Shown here piece after piece: positions 33,927 through 42,450 of a stretch of 64,000 nucleotides of DNA. Position 1 is the first letter of the stretch, and every line of letters starts with the position of its first letter. The position numbers and the translations under genes are program-made. The notes below the pieces were generated by a model. It was not told the origin of the DNA. It saw nothing but the letters and a program-made list of their open reading frames with translations, and searched no databases. Source of the DNA: Deltaproteobacteria bacterium (lineage in GTDB: Bacteria > Myxococcota_A > UBA9160 > UBA4427); the NCBI GenBank assembly GCA_002709835.1, contig PAQX01000076.1, positions 2,985 to 66,984 on the forward strand, in the 5' to 3' direction.

Positions 33927-34184
33927 TCAGAGGAAGCGGCCGGGAACGGTACACGCCGCCGCGTAGGCCGTGAAGGCCAGGGTTCCCGCGATCAGGACAC
34001 CCGGAGTCGCATCCGGGAAGATCATCTTCAGGATGACCGGCGCGACCACCAGCAGCGTCGCGCAGGTGATCCAGGCAGCCGGGCGGGCTTTGAGCTCCGC
34101 GAGGATGCGCGCACCGAGTCTGGTTCGCTCGATCGTCTCGTCTCGTTGCCCATCGGCCTCGTTGCCGGTGCTCTGCTCGGTCAT
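33927..34184 (-). CDS. Small membrane protein (2 predicted TM)
   Basis: The ATG follows GGGGAGG and third-position GC is high. Hydrophobic spans: AAWITCATLLVVAPVILKMIF and GVLIAGTLAFTAYAAA. Confidence 0.55.
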   Translation of the reverse strand: MTEQSTGNEADGQRDETIERTRLGARILAELKARPAAWITCATLLVVAPVILKMIFPDATPGVLIAGTLAFTAYAAACTVPGRFL

Positions 34185-34327
34185 TGTGGCCTCCCCCAGC
34201 GCCTCCCGGCGCTCCTCCCGGACGGCCTCAAGTTACCTGGCGGTAACCGGTCCTCGCATGCAACCGCGGGCTGCCCGGTGCGACAGAGCGTCACGCCCTC
34301 GAAGCGCAAGCAGAACCTCGGCCGGGA

Positions 34328-34909
34328 TCAGTCCGGAAGTGAAGCGACGATCCGCTCGGCCAATGCCGAGATCGCCGCATCGTGGGCCGCGACGAGCGCC
34401 GTGTTTCCGCTTCCATCAAGCGGAATGCTCTCTTCCATCACGTCCACCACCGGCGCCGCACCGTCGGTCAACGGGATCATCGCCCACCGGATACGGGCCC
34501 GGAGCGTGTCCCCTTCGACGACGAGATCGTCGACGTGGAGACGGATCCGCGCATCGAAGGGGAACGGCGCGTTGGAGGGCGTCGAAGCGATCCGGATCGA
34601 ACCGGTCCGGTTCGCGAGTTCGAGGGACAATGCGCGCAGAAAGTTCTCTTCGAAGCCCCCGAGCCAACGAGCGAACTCGTCGAGTTCGATCTCGCCCTCC
34701 CCTTCGAGTCGCGCGAACTGCGGTCGATCGAGATAGGCCGGCAGCCGGACCGGCCCGACGAGCAGCGCGACGTCGGGCGCTTCTTCCATTCGAGTGCCGT
34801 CGGCGTTCGTGCCGAGCATGTAATGCTCTGGCGTCGGACTGCGGCCGAGGCAGGCCGTCGTCAATACGAGGACGGCCAGGATCGCGAGCCCGGTTCGACG
34901 CATGGTCAT
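34328..34909 (-). CDS. pqiC: PqiC/YmbA-like lipoprotein (ABC-type transport auxiliary component, DUF330)
   Basis: MTMRRTGLAILAVLVLTTAC has a lipobox. The ATG overlaps the pqiB stop (ATGA at 34906-34909). The position after pqiB supports the call. Confidence 0.7.
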   Translation of the reverse strand: MTMRRTGLAILAVLVLTTACLGRSPTPEHYMLGTNADGTRMEEAPDVALLVGPVRLPAYLDRPQFARLEGEGEIELDEFARWLGGFEENFLRALSLELANRTGSIRIASTPSNAPFPFDARIRLHVDDLVVEGDTLRARIRWAMIPLTDGAAPVVDVMEESIPLDGSGNTALVAAHDAAISALAERIVASLPD

Positions 34910-36516
34910 TCGCTCTTTCCTCTCAACAGCTCTTCCGGATGTTCTTGCAACCGCTCAGCCATGATGCGGAGCGAGTCGGCGGCCTGGGAGAGATCGCTGA
35001 CGAGCGATTCGAGTTCGAGCGCCATCGACGAATCCGGCGAGATCATGGCGTCCGCCGACGCCAGGGTCTGTTCGAGACGCGCGAGGGTCGCGGTCATCCC
35101 AGGCAGCAGTTCGGCGTTCGCCAAGGCGGTCGCGTCTTCGATCGAACTCATCGTCGAAGCCAGGCTCGCGAAGACCTCGTCGAGGTTGGCGCCAATCGAC
35201 TCGATGGGGAGCTTGTCGACGCGATCGACGATGCGCGCGACACGGGTCGTGATCGCATCGAGCCCGCCGGTCGCCGTCGGCAGGATCGGATATGCGCGGC
35301 CGTAGAGGATCTCCTGCTCACGGGCGCCTTCGAGGAAATCGAAGTCGACGGCTTTCTGGCCCGTGAGGAGGTTGTTCGTCGCCAGCCGTGCGCGGAAGCC
35401 CTGGGCGACCATGCTCTCGACCCGCGCCCTCGGATCGCTCTCGAGCTCCTCGAGGGTCAACCCCAGTCGCTCCGGTTCGATCTCGATCACGACCGGGATC
35501 CGCATCGCATTCGTCTCGCGATCGAGCTCGACGTCCACGTCGAGAACCTCGCCGAGCTTGATCCCGCGGAACTCGACGGGCGAACCCGGAACGAGTCCCG
35601 AGACCGAGTCTTCGAAGTAGAGCAGGTAACGAGTCTTGAGCGAGTAGCGCGGACGCCGCGTTGCCTGCTTGTTCGGGTAGAGTTCGAAGACCATGTTCTC
35701 GGGAACGTCCTGCGCCACGGTTACCGTCGGCGGCGTCTCGAACGCGATCCCGCCGACCAGCATCGCCATCACCGAAGGCGTGTCGACCTGAATCCCTTCG
35801 GCGGTCACGACCGCATCGAGGCCCGAGGCATTCCAGAAGCGCGTCGTCGAGCGCACCCGTTCGTCGTGGGGCGCCTCGATGAAGACCTGGACACGGACCG
35901 ACTCGCCCTCCTCGTCGAGCTGGTAGCCCGCGATCTGGCCGACCCGGATCCATCGGTAATAGACCGGCGAGCCGACGTCGACGGAGCCGAGCTCCCTCGC
36001 CCGCAGCTGGAAGAGCGTGCCCGCCTTGTCCGGCCGGATGATCGGCGCCTTCTCGAGCCCCTGAAAGAGCCGCGTCCGCTTGCCTTCCTCGGAAGGCGCC
36101 ATGCCGATGTAGGCACCCGAGAGGATCGTATCGACCGCGGTGATCTCGCTCGCGGAGACCTCGGCCTTCACGACCCAGAAGCTCGCTTCGTCCGTCAGGT
36201 ACCCGGAGAGTTCCTTGACCATGCTGGCCGTCACCCGGACCTCCGAGAGATCTTCCTCGAGTTCGACGCTCTCGACGAGGCCGACGTCGACGTCCTTGTA
36301 CTTGATCACGGTGGTTCCAGCGACGATTCCCGCCGCGCTGTCGAACGCGATCGTGATCGTTGGGCCTCGCTCGGACCAGGCCCAGAACGCGAGATAGAGG
36401 CCGACGAACGCAGCGACTGCCGGGATCAGCCAGACGATCGATACCCTCGACCGCGTCCGGACGATCGCGCGGGGCGCGTCCGGCGCCTCGCTCGACCCCA
36501 CCGGTTCATCCGCCAT
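34906..36516 (-). CDS. pqiB: PqiB-family protein (N-terminal TM plus multiple MCE/MlaD domains)
   Basis: A 536-aa ORF with TM segment VSIVWLIPAVAAFVGLYLAFWAW. MCE-like segments repeat (..AGIVAGTTVIKYKDVDVGLVESVEL.., ..VGSPVYYRWIRVGQIAGYQL.., ..LVPGSPVEFRGIKLGEVLDVDVEL..). It overlaps the upstream gene by 11 nt. Confidence 0.85.
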   Translation of the reverse strand: MADEPVGSSEAPDAPRAIVRTRSRVSIVWLIPAVAAFVGLYLAFWAWSERGPTITIAFDSAAGIVAGTTVIKYKDVDVGLVESVELEEDLSEVRVTASMVKELSGYLTDEASFWVVKAEVSASEITAVDTILSGAYIGMAPSEEGKRTRLFQGLEKAPIIRPDKAGTLFQLRARELGSVDVGSPVYYRWIRVGQIAGYQLDEEGESVRVQVFIEAPHDERVRSTTRFWNASGLDAVVTAEGIQVDTPSVMAMLVGGIAFETPPTVTVAQDVPENMVFELYPNKQATRRPRYSLKTRYLLYFEDSVSGLVPGSPVEFRGIKLGEVLDVDVELDRETNAMRIPVVIEIEPERLGLTLEELESDPRARVESMVAQGFRARLATNNLLTGQKAVDFDFLEGAREQEILYGRAYPILPTATGGLDAITTRVARIVDRVDKLPIESIGANLDEVFASLASTMSSIEDATALANAELLPGMTATLARLEQTLASADAMISPDSSMALELESLVSDLSQAADSLRIMAERLQEHPEELLRGKSE

Positions 36517-37186
36517 CGTCGTCTCCCCCTGCCTTTTGCGCGTCGCGGTCCGCGTCGTCGATCAGCTGATCCCAGATGAGTCGGGGGTCGAAGCTCTCCG
36601 CCGCGAACATCGTGAGGACGACCACCGCCCCGAAATAGAAGCCCCCGACCCGCGCCTCCACGTTGGCGAGCGAGCCGAGATGGACGAGGGCGACGAGGAT
36701 CGTGACGACGTAGACGTCGACCATCGACCAGCGTCCGACCTGCTCGACTATCCGATAGAGTCGCGCACGATCGCGCGGGCGCCACTGGCTCGCGCGCTGC
36801 ACCGAAAGCGCGAGGTATCCGAGGGCGACGATCTTGGCGACGGGAACAATGACGCTCGCGATGAAGACGATGACTGCGAGGGGCCAGGTTCCGTGCGCGG
36901 CCAGGTAGATGACCCCGGACAGGATGGTGTCGGCCTGGCTCACGCCGAGGGTCGTGACCTCCATGACCGGATACAGGTTCGCGGGCACATAACAGATCGC
37001 CGCGGCGATCAGCAGCGACCAGGTCCGCGAGAGGCTCTCGGGCTTGCGGCGATGGAGCGCGGTCCGGCAGCGCGGACAGGCGAGACCGTCGGTCGGCCCC
37101 TCGGGCACGCCAACGACCAGATTGCAGACGTGACACTGGGCATGGGGCCCGATCGCGGAGGTCAGCGTCGGATCCAGCGCGCTCAA
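36506..37186 (-). CDS. pqiA: PqiA-family membrane protein, second half-size gene
   Basis: The C-terminal 226 aa of track ORF 36506..38128. Cys pairs: CHVCNLV...LACPRCRTAL, then LIAAAICYVPANLYPVM.. and RWSMVDVYVV. The candidate TTG start at 37186 overlaps the stop of the first half (37183-37185). There is no in-frame ATG near the N-terminus. Confidence 0.7.
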   Translation of the reverse strand: MSALDPTLTSAIGPHAQCHVCNLVVGVPEGPTDGLACPRCRTALHRRKPESLSRTWSLLIAAAICYVPANLYPVMEVTTLGVSQADTILSGVIYLAAHGTWPLAVIVFIASVIVPVAKIVALGYLALSVQRASQWRPRDRARLYRIVEQVGRWSMVDVYVVTILVALVHLGSLANVEARVGGFYFGAVVVLTMFAAESFDPRLIWDQLIDDADRDAQKAGGDDDGG

Positions 37187-37782
37187 TCGAGATCTCCGAT
37201 CTCGCGCCACACGAGTTCCGCGTCGAGAAAAGAGGTCCCGCCCGCCAGGATGGGAATCAGCAGGCCGAACGCCCAGAGCGCGATCCCGGGCACGATCTCC
37301 GCCATGTCCGAGAGCTTCACGACGGCGACGAAGATCCCGATCAGGAACACCTCGATCATGCTCCAGGGGCGGCACCGCTCGACCAGTCGGAACGCCTCGA
37401 CCGCGAACGGCGCCGGCCGGTGGAAGTGGAGCGGCGCCAGCACGTAGAGCATCAGGCCGATCTGCAGCGCCGGGGCGATCACCGTCGTCCCGAGAACGAG
37501 CAGCGCGATGACGTATCGGCCCCCGTCCCAGAGCGCGAAGACCCCGGAAGACAACGTCGTCCGCGTCGTCTGCCCCTGCATCTCGAAGGAAAGGAAGGGG
37601 TAGGCGTTCGCAACCACGAAGAGAATCGCCGCCGCCGTCGAGAGGGCGAGGGTGATCTCGACGGTCGCGCGCTGCCTGCGAAAGAGCGTTCCACCGCAGC
37701 GCTGGCAGATCGCTGCTCCCCCGTCGGGCACCTCGGGCTCGACGAGCACGGCATCGCAGTGGTGGCATCCGACCAGGGGCAA
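37183..37782 (-). CDS. pqiA: PqiA-family membrane protein, first half-size gene
   Basis: Track ORF is 37183..37926. Cys pairs: CHHCDAVLV...AICQRCGGTL, then AAILFVVANAYPFLSF and RPWSMIEVFLIG. The candidate TTG at 37782 is preceded by GGAGA. The start is uncertain anywhere within 37782-37926. Confidence 0.7.
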   Translation of the reverse strand: MPLVGCHHCDAVLVEPEVPDGGAAICQRCGGTLFRRQRATVEITLALSTAAAILFVVANAYPFLSFEMQGQTTRTTLSSGVFALWDGGRYVIALLVLGTTVIAPALQIGLMLYVLAPLHFHRPAPFAVEAFRLVERCRPWSMIEVFLIGIFVAVVKLSDMAEIVPGIALWAFGLLIPILAGGTSFLDAELVWREIGDLD

Positions 37783-37950
37783 GACGTCCAGGTCTCCTCG
37801 AGTGGACGATAGTGAACTCGCCCGCCGTGCCCTCCCTGCGACAGGACGGGCAGTATCTCCCCACGGGATGAGCCGCCCTCTCGCCACGGGGCTCCGGGCC
37901 TTCCGCCAGAGGACGACGAGCGGCAACGCCTTCAGTCGCGAGACCGGGAC

Positions 37951-38826
37951 CTACGCGGGGAGGCCCGTCGCGGCCGCCGCGCGCACCCTCTCGATCGCAT
38001 CGTCCTTCGCGCGCCAGCGCTCGTCGAGCCACGCCGCGAGGGCATCGCGCCCCTGCGGCAACGCGCTCGATGGAACCCGCTCGGCTCTGACCTCGATCGG
38101 CGAGAGTCGGCCGGCCAGGAACGGCCATAAGGCCGGATGTTCCGGCGACACGATCGTGACGTCGATGATCGACACGAGATCGTCCTCGAGTGCCGAAAAG
38201 AGCGAAGCGAAGCCGCCGATCCGCGGCTTCAGGAGATGACGATGGGGGCCGCCGCGGGAGGCGATCTTCTCCGGCGTGGCGCGCGTCCCCTCGGCGAAGA
38301 TCGTGAGTGCCGCCGGGCGCCGCCGTACCGAATCGCAGGCCGCGTCGAGTGCGGCCGCGTCGGCGGCCCGGCGAGCGGCTTCATCTTCGCCCGCCTTCGT
38401 CGTTCGCCGAAGCAGCGGGAAGTCGAAAGCCCAGAAGATGATCCCGAAGATCGGGATGTAGGCGAGCTCGCGCTTCGTCAGAAACTTGAGTAGGGGCCCC
38501 TGCCGCGCGACCGCGCTCTGGAGGATCAGGATGTCGGCCCAGGATGCGTGATTCGCGAGCACGAGGCAGAGCTCGTCCCGGGGCAGCACGAGATCCGGGT
38601 TCTGCCAACGAACGCCCATCACGCGCCTGAGCCAGAAGTCGTGGACGGCGATCGCCGCGCGATAGCAGCCGTCGAGCACGCGATCGACGGTGGGGCGCGC
38701 AGGTCCTGCGATCGCCTTCGCGAGTCCGAGCACGACCAGAAGGATCACCCAGAACGTGAGGTTCAGGGTGATCACCGCGAGCGACGCGGCACTCCTCACA
38801 TGATCGAGCCAGCCCATCTTCATCAT
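37951..38826 (-). CDS. Lysophospholipid/1-acyl-glycerol-3-phosphate acyltransferase-like (PlsC family)
   Basis: The ATG at 38826 gives MMKMGWLDHV... An N-terminal TM is present. The HX4D motif is in LVLANHASWADILIL. Also FAEGTR. The upstream 128 codons of track ORF 37951..39210 are rejected. Confidence 0.8.
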   Translation of the reverse strand: MMKMGWLDHVRSAASLAVITLNLTFWVILLVVLGLAKAIAGPARPTVDRVLDGCYRAAIAVHDFWLRRVMGVRWQNPDLVLPRDELCLVLANHASWADILILQSAVARQGPLLKFLTKRELAYIPIFGIIFWAFDFPLLRRTTKAGEDEAARRAADAAALDAACDSVRRRPAALTIFAEGTRATPEKIASRGGPHRHLLKPRIGGFASLFSALEDDLVSIIDVTIVSPEHPALWPFLAGRLSPIEVRAERVPSSALPQGRDALAAWLDERWRAKDDAIERVRAAAATGLPA

Positions 38827-39008
38827 CCGACTCACGCTCCCGCGCGTACGTTTCTGCGAGAACCACGCCCTGCGAGCAATCGGGGTGGGTACGGTTCCGG
38901 GCGAGAGGGGCGCTCGCCGAGGGAGGGCATGCATCAGGTGCTCGGGCTTTCCGCGCGACCTCGGAAACGATAACCGCTCCCGCCCAGCGGTCTCACAGCC
39001 TCCGCGCG

Positions 39009-39221
39009 CTAGGCCAGGACGCCTTTCGCATCGACTTCGCGAGCGGCCGCGCGGAGGACATCCCGCTCCTCGGGCGCCGCGAGATCCTCCCAGTCGTCTC
39101 GCTGACCGAGCGCGTGCAGGAAGGCCTTCGGCTGCCCCGGCCCCAGAGGGATCCCGAGACGATCGACGGGTTCGAGTCGGGCAGCGGCTTCCGAGGCGGA
39201 GACGGGGCACGGTGTACTCAT
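39009..39221 (-). pseudogene. Possible N-terminal remnant of an acetyl-CoA hydrolase/CoA-transferase-family gene
   Basis: From the ATG at 39221: MSTPCPVSASEAAARLEPVDRLGIPLGPGQPKAFLHALGQRDDWEDL.. This matches the N-terminal pattern of that family (SA.EA...I..GD.......G.P.AL..AL..R). The ORF stops after 70 codons, whereas family members run to about 430-500 aa. Confidence 0.35.
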
Positions 39222-39340
39222 CGCACCGATGATCCCCGAGGCCCGGAGGATCGCCAACCGCGCGGGAAACGAGGCGAATTCGTTACGCATCAGGCGACAT
39301 GGGGCGCGCAGGAGCCATGGCGGCCCGGTAGACTGGGCAC

Positions 39341-41785
39341 ATGGCCACCCCGGACCCGCCGCCGCAGGCTTCGCATCCGTCCGACGGATGGCGCGGCCCG
39401 GTGTCGGCGTGGCCCGAGGTCGAGCAAGGCGGACGCGTCGTCTTCCTCGTGGACGCTTCGAGTCGACTGGAACGTCGACTCCTCCGACGCTGGATCGAAG
39501 CGAATCGCCCCGACGATTTCAGCGACGACCGGATCGAGACGGTCGCCCTGCCCCCTTCACGCCGGGGCCGTCGCAAACGACTCGACCCGGCGCTCGAGGC
39601 GACGCTCGCTTCGCCCGGGGATCCGACGATGGCCCCGCTCCGCGTGATCTGGCGCGGCGCGCTTCGTGAAGACGGCCGACGCACGCCGAGCCTGCTCTCG
39701 CTGCTCACGGTGGGGGATCCGCGCGACCCCTCGTGGCTACGCCAGCTCTTCGTGCGTTGGCGCGCCGCCGACCGATGCCTGATCGTCGCCGGTGAACCCG
39801 CCACCCGAGCGAATCTACACGGCCGATGGCTCGAAGCCGCCGGCAGCGGGGTCGCCGAGACCGCCGGCTTCGCCGAATTCGTCGCCCAGAAGGCCGCGCT
39901 CGCCCTCGAACGCGCGGAGCGGCGGGTCCGCGGCGCGCGCTACAAGGTGCCCCGACTCGTCCACGAACAGATTCTCTCGCGACCGGCTTTCCGCGGCGGT
40001 CTCGACCAGCTCGTTTCCCAACAACGCGCCGAAGGCAAGAGCGACGCGTCGCACACCGCCCTGGCCGCGGAAGCCGCGAGCGACCTCCGAGAGATCGCCG
40101 CGACCCACAGCCGCTTCGTGATCGACCTCGTGATCTCGATCATCCGCTGGCTCTACACCCAGGGCTACGACGAAGAGCTCGCCTACTCCGACGAGCAGAT
40201 GCGCGGCATCGCCGCGCTTCAGGAGCGACACCCGGTCGTCTTTCTTCCGACTCACAAGCACAATCTCGATCACCTCGTGCTCCAGTACGCCCTCCACGAG
40301 CACGGGCTACCGCCGAACCACACCGCCGGCGGGATCAACATGAACTTCTTCCCGGTCGGTCAGCTGGTCCGGCGCGCTGGTGTCTTCTTCATCCGTCGGA
40401 CCTTCAAGGACGACGACGTCTACAAGCATGTTCTCTCCCACTACATCGACTACCTGATCGAGAAGCGGTTCCCCCTCGAGTGGTACATCGAGGGCGGGCG
40501 CTCTCGCTCCGGCAAGCTCCTGCCTCCGCGCTACGGACTCCTCGCGAACGTGGTCGACGCCTACCGGCGCGGAAAGAGCGACGACGTCCACCTCGTCCCC
40601 GTGTCGATCGCCTACGACCAGATCCAGGGCCTCGGCAGCTACGTCGACGAACAGCGGGGCGGCGAGAAGCAGGCGGAGAGTTTCGGCTGGTTTCTCGGGA
40701 TGATCCGCCAGATGCGACGGCGCTATGGCCGCATCCACCTCGCCTTCGGTGATCCCGTCTCGCTCCGGGAGCAGCTCGGCGATCCCGCTTCGGCCCTCGC
40801 GCCGGGCGAGCGATACGACCTCGAAAAGTTGGCGTTCGAGGTGTGTGTGCGGATCAACCAGGTCACTCCGATCACGCCCACCTCACTCGTGACCCTCGCC
40901 CTTCTCGGAACGACGGGACAGGCACTCACGATCGAAGGGACCCGTCGCTCCCTCGAGAACCTGCTCGAGAACGTGCGCCTCCGCGGCCTGCCGACGACCG
41001 CCGACCTCGATCATCTGAAGGAGGACGCAGGCGTCGCCCGGACCCTGGACGCGCTCGTCGAGAACGACGTCGTGACCCGCTTCGACGAGGGGCGAGAGCC
41101 CGTCTTCGGAATCGCCGATGATCAACAGCTCTCCGCCGCTTACTACCGCAACACGATCGTGCACTTCTTCGTGTCTGGAGCGATCGCGGAGCTCGCCCTC
41201 CTCCACGCGATCGAGGGCGAACGCGACGAGGTCCTCCCCCGCTTCTGGGACGAGGTCATGCGCCTGCGCGACCTCCTGAAGTTCGAGTTCTTCTTTCCGG
41301 AGAAGGAGGCGTTCCGGTCGGAGATCCGGGAGACGGTCGAGCTCAACCACCGCACCTGGGAGAAGCGGATCGCCGACTACGAGCTCGACCCCCAGGACAT
41401 GATCCGTCGAAGCCGCCCCTATCTGGCCCACCGCGTTCTCCGCCCCTTCCTCGAGAGCTACCGCGTGGTAGCAGACCAGCTCGAGGATCTCGCGCCCGAG
41501 ACCCCCTTCGAGGAGAAGCGTTTCCTCAAGGAATGCCTCGGACTCGGCCGTCAGTACGAGCTCCAGCAGCGGATCCACGCGGCGGACTCCGTCTCCAAGG
41601 CCCTCTTCCAGACCGCACTGCGACTCGCGGCGAATCGAGGCCTCCTCGAGACCGCCGAGCCGGGTGGCCACGACGCGCTCGCGCGAGGACGGCGGGATTT
41701 CGCGGCGGAGGTCGCCGACGCGGTCCGTCGGGTCGACATCATCGTCGCCCTCGCCGCCCAACGCCGCGCGGGCTTCATCTCCTAG
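39341..41785 (+). CDS. plsB: Glycerol-3-phosphate acyltransferase
   Basis: An 814-aa ORF. The HX4D motif is in VVFLPTHKHNLDHLVLQY. Also present: FFIRRTFKDD and YIEGGRSRSGKLLPPRYGLL. The size is typical of PlsB. Confidence 0.85.
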   Translation: MATPDPPPQASHPSDGWRGPVSAWPEVEQGGRVVFLVDASSRLERRLLRRWIEANRPDDFSDDRIETVALPPSRRGRRKRLDPALEATLASPGDPTMAPLRVIWRGALREDGRRTPSLLSLLTVGDPRDPSWLRQLFVRWRAADRCLIVAGEPATRANLHGRWLEAAGSGVAETAGFAEFVAQKAALALERAERRVRGARYKVPRLVHEQILSRPAFRGGLDQLVSQQRAEGKSDASHTALAAEAASDLREIAATHSRFVIDLVISIIRWLYTQGYDEELAYSDEQMRGIAALQERHPVVFLPTHKHNLDHLVLQYALHEHGLPPNHTAGGINMNFFPVGQLVRRAGVFFIRRTFKDDDVYKHVLSHYIDYLIEKRFPLEWYIEGGRSRSGKLLPPRYGLLANVVDAYRRGKSDDVHLVPVSIAYDQIQGLGSYVDEQRGGEKQAESFGWFLGMIRQMRRRYGRIHLAFGDPVSLREQLGDPASALAPGERYDLEKLAFEVCVRINQVTPITPTSLVTLALLGTTGQALTIEGTRRSLENLLENVRLRGLPTTADLDHLKEDAGVARTLDALVENDVVTRFDEGREPVFGIADDQQLSAAYYRNTIVHFFVSGAIAELALLHAIEGERDEVLPRFWDEVMRLRDLLKFEFFFPEKEAFRSEIRETVELNHRTWEKRIADYELDPQDMIRRSRPYLAHRVLRPFLESYRVVADQLEDLAPETPFEEKRFLKECLGLGRQYELQQRIHAADSVSKALFQTALRLAANRGLLETAEPGGHDALARGRRDFAAEVADAVRRVDIIVALAAQRRAGFIS

Positions 41786-41857
41786 AACCGGCGTTCCCGT
41801 TGCCGATCTGAGCGCGCGCGCGTGGTAGGCTCTGCGGCCCCTCAGGAGGAAGCCCCG

Positions 41858-42325
41858 ATGCCCGACGCCAAGACCGATGCCCTCCGCTTGATCCAGGATC
41901 GCCGCGAGATCGAAGAGTTGATGTACCGCTATGCGGAGATGGTCGACCAGCGCGACTGGAAGGAGATGGATCGCATCTTCGCCCTGGAAGCGACCATCGA
42001 CTACACCTCGACCGGCGGCGTCGCCGGCCCGTTCCGCGAGACTCTCGCCTGGCTCGACCGCGCCCTCGAGAGCTGGCCGGTCAACCTCCACATCGTGACC
42101 AACCTGATGATCGAGATCGAAGGCGATACCGCCCGCACGCGATGTTATTTCCATGCTCCGATGGGCCGGAACGTCTCGGACGGGCAGCAGCTGATCATCA
42201 CGAATGCCGGGCGATACGAAGATCGCCTCGCGCGCACCTCGGACGGATGGCGGATCGTCGAGCGCGTCTGCCATCAGACGATCATGCAGGGCGCGCTGCC
42301 CGAGGGTTACGAGATCCCGAGCTGA
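41858..42325 (+). CDS. SnoaL_4/NTF2-like protein
   Basis: The ATG at 41858 follows AGGAGGA. IQDRREIEELMYRYAEMVDQRDWKEMDRIFALEATIDY is the typical SnoaL_4 N-terminus. Confidence 0.7.
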   Translation: MPDAKTDALRLIQDRREIEELMYRYAEMVDQRDWKEMDRIFALEATIDYTSTGGVAGPFRETLAWLDRALESWPVNLHIVTNLMIEIEGDTARTRCYFHAPMGRNVSDGQQLIITNAGRYEDRLARTSDGWRIVERVCHQTIMQGALPEGYEIPS

Positions 42326-42450
42326 GAGGTAAAGGACGGAGCGCGGAAGCCCTGCTCCGCCCTTCGATCGCCAGGCGCGAACGCGCAGTTGCGCCGACGA
42401 GAGGGGCGGGGGCGCGAAGGATGCACCTGCGCTGCGCATGAAGGGGCCAA

